DNA of 64,000 bases from Amphiscolops sp. MND2022 (lineage: Eukaryota), in the NCBI GenBank assembly GCA_964187785.1, contig OZ076412.1, positions 60,512,001 through 60,576,000 of the forward strand. The letters are read 5' to 3'. A program made the position numbers and the translations under genes. Every line of letters starts with the position of its first letter. Position 1 is the first letter of the stretch. Shown here piece by piece: positions 39,073 to 49,530 of the stretch. Under the pieces are notes generated by a model that was given only the letters and a program-made list of their open reading frames with translations, did not search any database and was not told the origin of the DNA.

Positions 39073-39727
39073 CACCAAAGAATTCGTTCTGATAACACTG
39101 GACGAATACATGTCCTTGTTGTCTTTGAAAACTACCAAATCAGAAATCGCAAAATTCGACATCGCGAATCTCAGCGAATCCTTCCCACAAGCAATCCTGC
39201 CGAACGTTGACAAAAGAACCAGTTGCGAACAGCAAGAAACAAATGCGGAAAAAACTTGCACGCAAATCAATTTGAACTCGAGATTGCAAGCTCCACCCAA
39301 AAGGAGCGCTCCTGCTGATGAAGACATATCCGACAAGGCTAAGACTCTTGCGAAAACGGACAGGATTGTGCTCGATTTGCTTTCCTCGGGACTTTCCGGC
39401 GGCAAAGTTGAGCGATCGAGACAAATCTTGCAAAAAATTGATCAGACCAAGGATGTGTCGATTGATTCAAACTCTTGTCGATTACTTATGCACGACCGAG
39501 ACGTAAACATACCAATTTTCGATTTTTTGAATGACCTACAGGTGACCACGAAGAAATTGAGTGAAAATGCTTTGGAACTGATCAGGAGAATCCGGATACC
39601 AGAATTTCTGATCGCTAATACAAATGCAAAACGTGTTGCATCAGAAATCGCCCACTATCACGAAGAAAATGATTTGGATGAAAAGATTGGAAGTTCCTCA
39701 ACTGCTAAATGGTTGCGTTTATATTAG
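39056..39727 (+). CDS. Polinton hypothetical protein (223 aa)
   Basis: Intact ORF between ATPase cluster and integrase; PEFLIANT C-terminal motif. Confidence 0.6.
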   Translation: MISGSSTKEFVLITLDEYMSLLSLKTTKSEIAKFDIANLSESFPQAILPNVDKRTSCEQQETNAEKTCTQINLNSRLQAPPKRSAPADEDISDKAKTLAKTDRIVLDLLSSGLSGGKVERSRQILQKIDQTKDVSIDSNSCRLLMHDRDVNIPIFDFLNDLQVTTKKLSENALELIRRIRIPEFLIANTNAKRVASEIAHYHEENDLDEKIGSSSTAKWLRLY

Positions 39728-40998
39728 CAAGAATCACTTTTACGCCTAACTCAGTTCCCGACAGTTGATCTTACCGCGGAATATGTATAAAACTAGAAGA
39801 AAACCTAAAACAAAATATTTTATGTGGAAATTGTGCCAAGGAATTGGGTCGAGGTTCTCGACAACATCCTTCAGTCTGGTGCAACGTATGTGGATGTGTC
39901 CACTTTGCGTGCAGTGGCCTAAAACAGTTGAAGGATTACAAGAAAAACGAAACCTTTCTATGCACAAAATGTTCAGCGACAAGACGATTGGTCCAGCCAA
40001 CAGCAGAAATCATTGCACATAGCAAATTGCATAACCTTTACACATCCTGCAACAATCCGTCTGCTTTTGGCAGTCGAACTGCTCTCAAACAGACTTCCAA
40101 ATGCACATTCAAACAAGTTGACAACTATCTCAACCGCAGCGAGACTTATTCCAAGTTTAAACAAACGCGCAATCGTTTTCTCCGATTGAAAGTTCAAAGC
40201 TACCGGTTGAATGAGATTTGGTCCATTGACTTGGCAGACATGCAAAAGTTGGCACGACACAACCATGGTGTAAACTTCATCCTGGTAGCAGTTGACACCC
40301 TGAGTCGGTTTGTTTGGGCAATGCCATTGAAACGAAAAACGGCCATCGAATGTAAAAATGCTCTCCAATCCATTATTAACAATCTCAACTCCAGAGGAAA
40401 GAATAAATCAAACACTTTGAAGCCTAAATTCTGTTCAACAAATTGCGCAATTTTCTTGAAGCCTGAAAAAATTTGGGTAGATAAAGGTCGAGAGTTTGCA
40501 GGACAATTTTCAGAATACTGCACTGATAATGACATCCAAATTTATTCCACGCACAGCGAAACAAAGTCAGCGTTTGCAGAGCGCAATATTCGATCACTGA
40601 AGGCAATTTTATTCAAGTATTTGCACGAAAACAACACCGATACTTATGTAGAAAACCTGCAACAATTCGTGGACGTCATCAACAGCCGAGTTAATCGTGT
40701 CACCAAGCTAGCTCCAAAGGAAGTACGCAAATGCGATGTTCCATATTTGATTTCGTTGCAAAACACTAATACCCCTCTTCGGCCAAAGTTTCACATTGGC
40801 CAGCAAGTGAGAATAAAACGAAAAATTGAGACTTTTCATAGAGGGTACCGCATTCAGTTCACTGAGGAGGTTTTCACGATAGCCACAGTACAAACACTGA
40901 ACCCTCCCACTTATACGATTAGGGACGCCAACAATCAGTTGATTCTTGGGAAATTTTATGAGTCTGAACTAACAAGATTCGAAGAATCTCCTCTATAA
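39709..40998 (+). pseudogene. Retroviral-like DDE integrase with N-terminal PHD-like finger (in-frame TGA at 39766)
   Basis: WSIDLADM, WVDKGREF, AERNIRSLK; SH3-like C-term; CGNC..CNVC..HFAC..CTKC. Confidence 0.9.
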
Positions 40999-41028
40999 CT
41001 CGGAAGCTCCTTGAACAAACTGGTGGAA

Positions 41029-41931
41029 ATGCAATCCCAAGACTTCACAATAAATTTAGTGTCAAACGCCTCAATGGCAACGTTTCCAAACAATACGCTG
41101 GCACAATTCACAACTTTACTACCACAACAGCTCTCCTTATCAGGATCGTGGGAAGTAGCAGTGTCTGAAATTTCGTGGCCTTCAGCAATTCAAAACATTA
41201 CCTGCGGCGAATTCAAGTACCAGCTGAGGCCAGCTCAACCAGATGATAAAGAGGAACAAGGGGAAAAAACTCGCAAGAGGGCGTATGGCCTAGTGACAAT
41301 GTACACCCCTCCTAAAATTGAAGATCATATTGAAGAGAGGACCTGTAGCATTAAACCAGGATTGTACTCGACTGTCGACCAAATTTTGGAGAGCGTTTTC
41401 AAAAAAGTCTTTCCAAGTGCTGCAGCAAAATTGCCAGTTACATGGAAGGTTGACAAATCTTCACAAACATTGAAGGTTTATTTTGATGGTAGCGAACGTG
41501 ATTGCATCCTATTGGAAGCTACATCAAACGATTTGCAAAACGTGTTGGGACTGAAAACGGTCATTGATTGTAAGGAGAGCAGTTCAACTTCGAGAACCAG
41601 CCCTATGAAATCAAAGACTGTCGGCAAGTTTCCAATCGATATCAGCGGTGGGTGCAACACAATCTTTCTCTATTGCGATTTAGTGCAAAACGAAATTTTG
41701 GGAGACTCACAGACTGCGTTACTACGTGCAATTCCACTAAGCAATTTCCTAAGTGAACACCGTGGGCAACAATATCTAAACTATCAAACATTTACCAATC
41801 TCCAATGGCGACGAATAGTCAAATCGAGCATCGAATCTATAACAATTTCCTTACGCAGTGAGTCTGGCCAATTGTTACCTTTTTTAAGTCGGGGCCGCAC
41901 CAACATCACTCTTCAATTTCGCCAACGCTGA
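41029..41931 (+). CDS. Polinton minor capsid protein (penton)
   Basis: FTINLVSNAS..FPNNT..FTTLLP..L.GSWEVAVSEI; IFLYCDLV..ILGDSQTALLR. Confidence 0.85.
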   Translation: MQSQDFTINLVSNASMATFPNNTLAQFTTLLPQQLSLSGSWEVAVSEISWPSAIQNITCGEFKYQLRPAQPDDKEEQGEKTRKRAYGLVTMYTPPKIEDHIEERTCSIKPGLYSTVDQILESVFKKVFPSAAAKLPVTWKVDKSSQTLKVYFDGSERDCILLEATSNDLQNVLGLKTVIDCKESSSTSRTSPMKSKTVGKFPIDISGGCNTIFLYCDLVQNEILGDSQTALLRAIPLSNFLSEHRGQQYLNYQTFTNLQWRRIVKSSIESITISLRSESGQLLPFLSRGRTNITLQFRQR

Positions 41932-41974
41932 GAGCTCCATTCTGGTCAAAGTCATCACACTAAGCGGTCGCTAT

Positions 41975-42466
41975 ATGGATGCTCATTACGATTCTCAAAT
42001 TCGACTGCAAAGTCATCATCAAACAACATTTGGCGGCCCGGCGAGGCAATTTGGATCCGGTGGAATGGGCGCTTTTGCCATGCGTATGGGAAGGGTAGCG
42101 GTACCTCTTGTGAAAAAATATGTGTTGCCAGTTGCAAAAGAGTTTGGAAAAAACTTAGTTTCTGCTTTTGTTCCTGAACTGTCAAACGTTGTTTCCGGGA
42201 GAAAGAGACCTCGCAAAGCTTTGAAAGACACTTTGAAAAAAAGTGCAATGAAAACAATGATGACCGACGGCGGCACGGCGACTACCAAGGTCACGCTCCG
42301 GGAAGCGGCGCCGAACGGGCCTTCGCGTCATTCGGGCTCTCCGGCTACTAAAAAAGGCAAAGATAAGATTACAAGCACTGCTAGCAGACCATTGGCGACC
42401 ATTTCTAAAAAGAAGTCAGCCAAAAGAAGTCGGTCCGAGATTCTTTCTAACGTCAACTTCGCCTAA
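41975..42466 (+). CDS. Basic core-like protein with QxGxGxxG motif (candidate protease substrate)
   Basis: RQFGSGGMG, Lys/Arg-rich, located between penton and major capsid. Confidence 0.6.
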   Translation: MDAHYDSQIRLQSHHQTTFGGPARQFGSGGMGAFAMRMGRVAVPLVKKYVLPVAKEFGKNLVSAFVPELSNVVSGRKRPRKALKDTLKKSAMKTMMTDGGTATTKVTLREAAPNGPSRHSGSPATKKGKDKITSTASRPLATISKKKSAKRSRSEILSNVNFA

Positions 42467-42482
42467 CTTTTCTATTTTGCCA

Positions 42483-43853
42483 ATGAATAGTGGAAGCAGC
42501 AATGGCACAACGGGCACTTTGTTTACTCAAGCGTCGGAAATTGCCAGACCAGTAACGCACACTGCTTTGGACTTTTTCGAGCAACCGACTGTATTGATCA
42601 ATTATGAAGGTTCATTTGATCAGGCAGTGTTTCCCCACGTGGGCTGTCGCGGGCCCCAACTGGATTTTGTCGTTTCAGCTGAAAACAAAAATTGTATAGA
42701 TTTGAACAGGCTTTGTCTGGCTTTGGAGGTGTGCATTTACGGACCAGATGGCAAAGACAAAATTAAACCTGCAGACGTGGACCTCACATTTGCAAATAAC
42801 ATTTTACACTCTCTATTTTCACATGTGGAGCTCTTTCTCGATGGAAAATTGGTTTCCAGCAGCAACAATAATTATCATCATTTGGCCTACATCGAAACTG
42901 AACTTACAACGGACATTGCCAGCAAAATGACTTGGGCTCAATGTCAAGGCTATCACTACAGAGCGAATGAAAAGTCTAATGAAGAACTAAAGATGAAGCA
43001 GCTGGACAATTTTCGAAAAGGCGAAGAATTCAAAATTGAGCTCTATGGCGCGCCGCATATTGATTTTTTGGATTGTGAGCGATTACTTTTGCCTGGGGTT
43101 TCACTCCATTTGCGGTTCTACAGATCGCCGAGCAATTGCGCTCTCGAAAGTGTAGGAACATGGACTGCGGATGACATCAAACGAATCGATCAGGCGCCTT
43201 TCTCTGTAGTTATTGAAAAGGCATCCCTGTTTTTAAACAAAATTGTGTTGTCTGATTCAGTTAGAGTCAGCATAGAAAAAGCTCTGTTGAAAAGTGACGC
43301 TGTTTATCCTTACATCGAGAGCCTGAACAAGAGCTTTATAATCCAGGCTGGACAAAATTGTTTTGTGAAGGAAAACATTTTTGGAACAGAACCCATCCGC
43401 AGATTGACGTTGTGCATGGTGAGAAACAAGTTTTTCAGGGGATCGACAATTGAATGCACGCCGTTTCGATACAAAAAATTCAACCTGAGTAAAGTTGAAA
43501 TTCAGCGCGGCAATGGAGTTCCCATTGCTGGGACACCCATAAGGACTACAAATTGCACCCGTCTTTTTTACAACACCATTTGTGCTCTAGGTTTTGAGAC
43601 TGGCGGGAATGGAATAGGAATGGCAGACTTTGAAGATGACCACTTTTTCCTAGTCTTCGATTTAACCTCGTCGAGAGAAGCGAGCAAGACGCTCACTCTT
43701 TTTCCGGAACTCACTGGAGGTGGCCTCACTCTAAAGTTGGATTTTTAAGAAGCCTTAACGGATCCTGTGGAACTTTTTCTTGTTGGTGAACGATTCAGTC
43801 AAGTATTTATTGACTCTGGGCGTAATATACGAAAAAATTGCCGGAGCAAATGA
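42483..43853 (+). pseudogene. Polinton major capsid protein (double jelly-roll), premature TAA at 43746
   Basis: CIDLNRLCL, FANNILHSLFSHVELFLDGK; frame continues 34 codons (EALTDPVELFLVGERFSQVFIDSGRN) to TGA 43851-43853. Confidence 0.9.
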
Positions 43854-44455
43854 TGGATAACTTTACACTTACAGACTTGGCTAAAAACTGCTGTGCATCT
43901 TCGCGATTTAAATTTGCTGGTGTTTGGTCGGCAAACAATTTCTCATTACCGTCACTGGCGATGAAGAATGAGACTGTTAATACAAGTAGCAAAGATTTTC
44001 AGACGTTGTTTTTGCACTCTTATTTCATAATTAACACATCTCCAGTAGGAGCTGTTGGACAGCATTGGTTGCTGTTATTCATATTGAGACCGCAAGTGTT
44101 CCTCAAGAGGCAATTGAGAACACTTTTTTGCGTATGGGACCCATTGGGAAAACCTATTCAGAATTACACTTCATTTTTTGAACATTTGATGACACTTTTC
44201 AAAAAGATTGGCACTGGAGAAATTTTTGAAATCAAGTTTCCTTTGCAAACATCGCATTCAAACACTTGCGGTCTGCATTGTCTTCACATGGCTCATTACT
44301 TGATGCGTCTAGCTGATCAACACTCTATCAAGCTGGAGACTTTTCACTCTCAATTTGTAACCTTGTTGGAACCGCTAAAACAAATGCAAGAAATCAATTT
44401 GGTTTTATTTTGTAATGATCACTGTAAAACGATGTTGATGTATAAAGTAACATGA
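43850..44455 (+). CDS. Adenain/Ulp1-like cysteine protease
   Basis: NTSP..GQHW, WDPLG, QTSHSNTCGLHC (H-D-Q-C). Confidence 0.92.
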   Translation: MMDNFTLTDLAKNCCASSRFKFAGVWSANNFSLPSLAMKNETVNTSSKDFQTLFLHSYFIINTSPVGAVGQHWLLLFILRPQVFLKRQLRTLFCVWDPLGKPIQNYTSFFEHLMTLFKKIGTGEIFEIKFPLQTSHSNTCGLHCLHMAHYLMRLADQHSIKLETFHSQFVTLLEPLKQMQEINLVLFCNDHCKTMLMYKVT

Positions 44456-44737
44456 CTGATGGGTATCAAACCTGTAAATGCATATAAGATTTACAGAACC
44501 TTGCATATACATTGGCAGTTGAATTTTACTTTTGACAAGCCTTTTTACGGGAAGGTTCATCATCAGGGCTTACATCACATTCAGTAGCCTCGTAGTCTAT
44601 GAAGGGACAGGCAAAACGTGTAGCATCGGAATCAGAAACTTCATCATCGGTAAGGGTTTCAAAATTGATACACTGAGCTTCATGGTCAGAATTCTCGCCG
44701 CTTGTTTGGTTGAGAAAGAATCCAGGATCAGCAGCAG

Positions 44738-44810
44738 CTGAAATTGAAACATCTTCGTTTCACACTCGTCGAGTTTATCGATTAGTACAAGGTATTGTAT
44801 GAAAACTAAC
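44738..44810 (-). other. Predicted intron 3 in pPolB (73 nt, phase 1)
   Basis: GTTAGT..TACTAAT..TTTCAG; last exon open to TAA 44526-44528. Confidence 0.65.
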
Positions 44811-45020
44811 TATATTCCACAGAGCTCCATGCCTGAGCTAGAACACTGCGTTGATTGGCACAAGGAGAGCTGTTGCTAGCAGATTGGCTCATTGTATTGG
44901 ATAGAGAGCAAGTATCAGCACCACTACCAACCTCCTCGTCGGTTTCAGATTCAATGTCTGAAGCATCACCGTCGAAAGAATCATTGGATGCATCAGAATC
45001 AACAGACGAATCACTTTGAC

Positions 45021-45091
45021 CTACAAAAAAAACAAACTTTTTTTTTGCTCGAAAGACCATTCACATCTCCCCAATGTAGAAGTCTACTCAC
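45021..45091 (-). other. Predicted intron 2 in pPolB (71 nt, phase 1)
   Basis: GTGAGT...TTTTTTTGTAG; in-frame join to acidic ORF 44806..45060. Confidence 0.7.
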
Positions 45092-47453
45092 TCGTTAGTC
45101 GACTAGACGATTTCAAGGAATAATGTCCATATGCAAGGGAGGATACCGTGTCATCTAAAATATACCGCTTGTCATCGTAGCAGCTCAAAGCAACCTTGTT
45201 GACAGAGTTGACAATTATTTGATGACTGGCTGATTTGAGTTGAAACATCTTTCTACGTACTGTTGATTGAGAAAGTAGACAGTCCTTGAATAAATTATGA
45301 TGTAGCGTTTTTTTGACAGATTTCTGAACGCCTTTAGCACTCTGCTTGGTTCCTCCCACGTAATCGATGCTATACAATTTAGATCTCAAACAGACAACTT
45401 CTTTTAAAACTTTTCCGTTGAGTTCATCCGTCATTGTTAATGGTACTTTTTTGTTGGTTTTGTCGTGGAGAAAATGATCAGCAGGATAATCCGAGAGGTC
45501 CAGTAGATGTTTGAATGTGGCCATATCTTTATACAAGTCTTCAGTTTTGATTCGATAAAGCAGGGAGTCTGTGTCTTTGTACACTACTTTCAACCGGTCT
45601 GCTCCATACCGTGGAAGCATCTCCTCATAGTGAAACTTGTACAAAGAAAATTTTGACAAATCCAAAATACTCGCGCCAACGGGTGTCGGTTTGTTCCATA
45701 CCACTGAAGAGGGTTTCAAAGAAACAGTAACAAGATTTTTGCTGATGATTTTGAAACTCTTGAAGGTTGCCCGTTGAATGGATGCTTCAGCTTGGGTCTC
45801 CGTTGATACGAACTTTAGAGTACTACGTCTTCTGAGATTTTTCATTGTTTTGCCAAAACAAGCGTTCGACATTAGCTTTTAAAAGTTTTTCTCGAAGTCA
45901 TTTGCGGCACTTTTACGCATTACAGTGTTTTTGGCAATGTACGTTCCCAACCATTTTGACTGTTGAAATTTTACCGCCCGGTGTAGAGTCGTGACTTTAA
46001 GACCATGTTTGACATAGAATTTTAGGTTTTCATAATGGCAAATGTAGTTTTTTTTGTCGAGCAGGGTCTCTACAAGCTTTTCATTCGCCGAGCTCATATT
46101 CAAACCAAATGACTTGGCATAATCCGATTTCCATTCTTTAGGTATTTTTAATTTTTCCGGAGCCAATGGAAGATCATTATGAGAGTCGTGTTTTCCAGGA
46201 GGGTACACGAGGTCAACCTCTACGAAGTAACCAACGGGAGAGTCATTGGGCGTAGACAGAAATTCATTCAAAGTAATTTCAGGACACCATTGATACCCTC
46301 CGAGCGGCATTTCCATTTGCATTGTTCCTGCGTACAGAGATGTTACATCAAAAAACGCCCCAAAAGTAACGTCTTTTTCAGGATTGAAATTATCCAGATA
46401 CTTGTTGTTAGCTTCAAAATGCCTCAGTGCACCAAGACCATTGATTCCTCCTCGGATTGCCAAAAAACAACAGCTGATCAATGTCCTGCATTAGTTCCAT
46501 TTTAACGCCAGTTGTGATTAGCATGGCATCCCAACTCAGGTTCGGAGCCGAATAAAAGTGAGCTGGGTCCAGCTTGTAGACTTGCATGCATACCTCCCTG
46601 AACTTTTGAAAAATGTCGGCCAGGATGAACACATCACTTTTCAGATAGATATCGTGATAGTCGCCTAAATTTTGGCAATGAAAAGCATTGTACATCTCCA
46701 AAGCACAACCATAATCTTGCTCGGTGATTTCAATACGTTGAGTCAAGGTGTTGAACCAGTCAGGGCCATCAGGTGGAAGTGGCATTGCAAATTTTTCGAG
46801 GGAGTCGAGAAAATTGTACGGAAAGAATCCTTTTCTTGTTAATTTTTCAAAGATACTTTCAGTGATGTTTGGGAAACATGCTTTCAACAACTTGAAGTCT
46901 TGCTTGTCCAAGGTTTTAGCTAAAGAATCCAAGCTCTGAGACATAAACTGGAAGCTGTCCAGAAACCGTAAAGAATGATATTGAATGACATCGTGACCCT
47001 TCTTGCTTTTAAATTTTTCCATGGGCATATCCAAAGAGAACGAAATATAAGTTTCATCGTTTTTAGCAATAGCTGACAACTTTTCACCAGTCTCGATTAC
47101 CAAGTATTTAATAATATGATGAGCGTCATAACGCGAAAGGTTGTGAAAAGATACCGGCAGGAAATTTGTTGTTCTCGCACGCAGGTTGCACTTGGAATGA
47201 GCTACTCCAAATATTTCACCAGTTAGGTGACAGTGGTGAATTACCCGTTGACTTTCTTCCATCTCCTCACCACATAAACAGCATCTCAAGTCATCTTGGT
47301 TCAGTAGAGAAATTCTATCATCTTTGGATATTCGTAGAATTTTACATTTTTGTTTCTTTTTGAAACACCATGTTGACCACGACCGAAGCAACTTCATTAA
47401 TTGTTGAATGCAGTCTTTTCCTTTGTAGAACTCTTTCTTCACAACACTGTTAC

Positions 47454-47535
47454 CTAAACCAAAAATTTTGGGTCAGAACGGTTTTTGTGAAACGAAAATT
47501 TTTGATGCCGAAAAACCTAATACTGACAAACTTAC
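47454..47535 (-). other. Predicted spliceosomal intron 1 in pPolB (82 nt, phase 1)
   Basis: GTAAGT...TTTAG; removal joins ORFs 47450..47725 and 46414..47442 in frame (LIDDRSNSVVKKEFYKG). Confidence 0.8.
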
Positions 47536-49343
47536 TTCTATCGTCGATGAGAACAGCACCAAAACTACAGGGAAACTGCTTTTCAATTTCTTTAGTGTTG
47601 CTTCCCACAGTGGTAGATGGATTCGAAGGGACATCAATTGCTTCCAAATCTGCGTAAACAATAAAGGGAACTCTCTGTGTTTTCTGCCAATTGACAAACT
47701 CGACAAAAGGAGCACACGTCGGCATACGAATTTCGAGTGGAGAATTTGATTCACAAAATTTGAAATGTTTTCTGAAATTTTTCTTGATGATAGGCTGAAA
47801 GCAGTTGGAGCAGAATTTTGACTTTGAACCTTTTTTACGTTTGCTCTCCGATCGTGTTAGTTAACCAACTTCCTTCCTTCCAGTTGATAGACATTGATTG
47901 AAACATCATTTGACCGCTCGAAAGTAGGAATACTGGATAAGGGCATTGGCATTCGCGCAGAATTAAATTTCAGTCGCCTCACATTTTCCTTGTGATTACT
48001 AGGATGGCTGGGTCGACCAATGAAAGAGAATATTGCAGCTGCCACGCAGTAAAGAAAACAAAAGTTGTCCTTTTTGTTCTTGATATTCAGCAAGCTGCGG
48101 GAAAGACCTTTAAGAATAATTGGCGTTGCAATGTATGAAGATCCACAGGCCATTTGGCACGTAGCTGTTTTGACTTCAACTGAAAGTAGAGAATCTATCA
48201 CCCAACCAGATCCACAGGATGCGTAAACACTCAAATTGGACATTAATTGGTCTACGTGAACGTGATATTCTTCATCTGTGATATGATCAGCCAAACGCAT
48301 GAAATGAGAATTGAAGAAAGCAGTCACGTCATCGTTGGTCAGTGGTTTCACAAGTTTAACAGCAATGCTAACTCCCACCTTTAAATTGGACGATTGACTG
48401 AGTTTCTCATTTACAAAATCCATTATACTCTGTTGATTCGATATCAAATAATTGAATGGATCGATACACAAGTCTGTTCGCATAATTTTCAAGCGATGAA
48501 CTTTGAATCTATCATTAATGGCTTTAGTCGTGAATTCAACAGGGGCTGAGGAAAAGATTCTCTTTTTTTGATGTTTTATTTCATTCAGGCCGTGATCTTT
48601 TCTCTCATGAAAGTGCAAAGATTTCTCATGCGCAAAATATGTGGAACAAAAGAAACACCTGTGAGCCGATGGAGACTGATGTTGATTTCTAAGATGCTTC
48701 AATAAATTGTGGCTTCGGTTGAATTGACTGCGACATTCTCCGCATTCGAATGAGGTAGAGTTCTCCACCAAGTTTTGGTTATGTTTCGTTTTGAGATGGT
48801 TATTCAAAAACCGTCGAGAAGTGAAGACTTTTGCGCATGTATCACACAGATGCATGATCTTTCATTCGAAAGAATACCTGAAAGAGAAGGCTTTCTTCAT
48901 TGGTTTTTGCATTGACATTTTTGTGCTTTCATTGATTCAATCTAGTTTACTTCAATTTTAGAAAATGTTTCTATCAAAAGTAATCATTTCAATTTTTGTT
49001 GCATTTTTGCAAAACTTTTCAATCGAAAACGAGTCATTGTAATTCGATTCAGGAAAGCCTCCTCTTCGGAAATTCGATCATTTTAAAACCTTGTTTTCAG
49101 TGAACAGTCAATTTGTTTTTATTTCGAAGAAAAGTTCGGAATAATAAATGGTTCGTTTAAAACTGGTGCTTCAGGTTGAAGCAATTTCCATTCGAAAGTT
49201 TTGATAAAGTTCGGTTCAGAAGATTCAGTTTCAATAAAGCGTGGTTTCATTTGAGTTTCAAATACATCTTATCAATGGAAATAGACAACCGGTGTCACTT
49301 TTGTTAGATTTGGGTTCAATTTCAGAACCATGATAGAATTCAT

Positions 49344-49530
49344 TAATATCGATACTTTGTGTGTGCCAAATGTCAACCAACTGTCAATGTTAAACTTGTT
49401 TAGTCCATTGTGTATTCAGTTGCCATATGACTGTCACTCTCAGCTGATAATTCTAGCTACCAAAATTTCATGTTAGCAAAAGTTGCAAAGGATTCAAAAT
49501 CTACCTAAACCCCCCCCTTTACTCACTACT
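49344..49530 (-). repeat. Polinton right TIR
   Basis: Ends ...ACTCACTACT followed by TSD TATAGT. Confidence 0.95.

Larger units (their letters stand above)
44526..48855 (-). pseudogene. Protein-primed DNA polymerase B with three C2H2 fingers, EndoVII-like module, three predicted introns and a spliced acidic tail
   Basis: GSGW, FHNLSRYD, DVTSLY, KxxxNACFGK, YKDTDS; lesions at ~47857 (deletion), ~46465 (frameshift), 45879 (TAA). Confidence 0.93.
35601..49530. mobile_element. Polinton/Maverick, 13,930 bp, full-length but mutated
   Basis: TIRs starting AGTAGTGAGT, 6-bp TSD TATAGT (35595-35600, 49531-49536), pPolB, integrase, ATPase, protease, major and minor capsid genes. Confidence 0.97.

Noticed and set aside
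38390-46470. Programmed frameshift or readthrough at ATPase ~38395, MCP 43746, pPolB 45879 and ~46465
   Set aside because: No slippery or readthrough context; consistent with ordinary decay given TIR divergence
47840-47870. A fourth pPolB intron explaining the break at 47857
   Set aside because: No plausible intron length or acceptor; expected conserved residues are missing, so a deletion fits better
48878-48900. Acceptor-like ttctctttcag upstream of the pPolB ATG
   Set aside because: In-frame TGA lies between it and the ATG and no donor or upstream exon was identified; at most a 5' UTR intron
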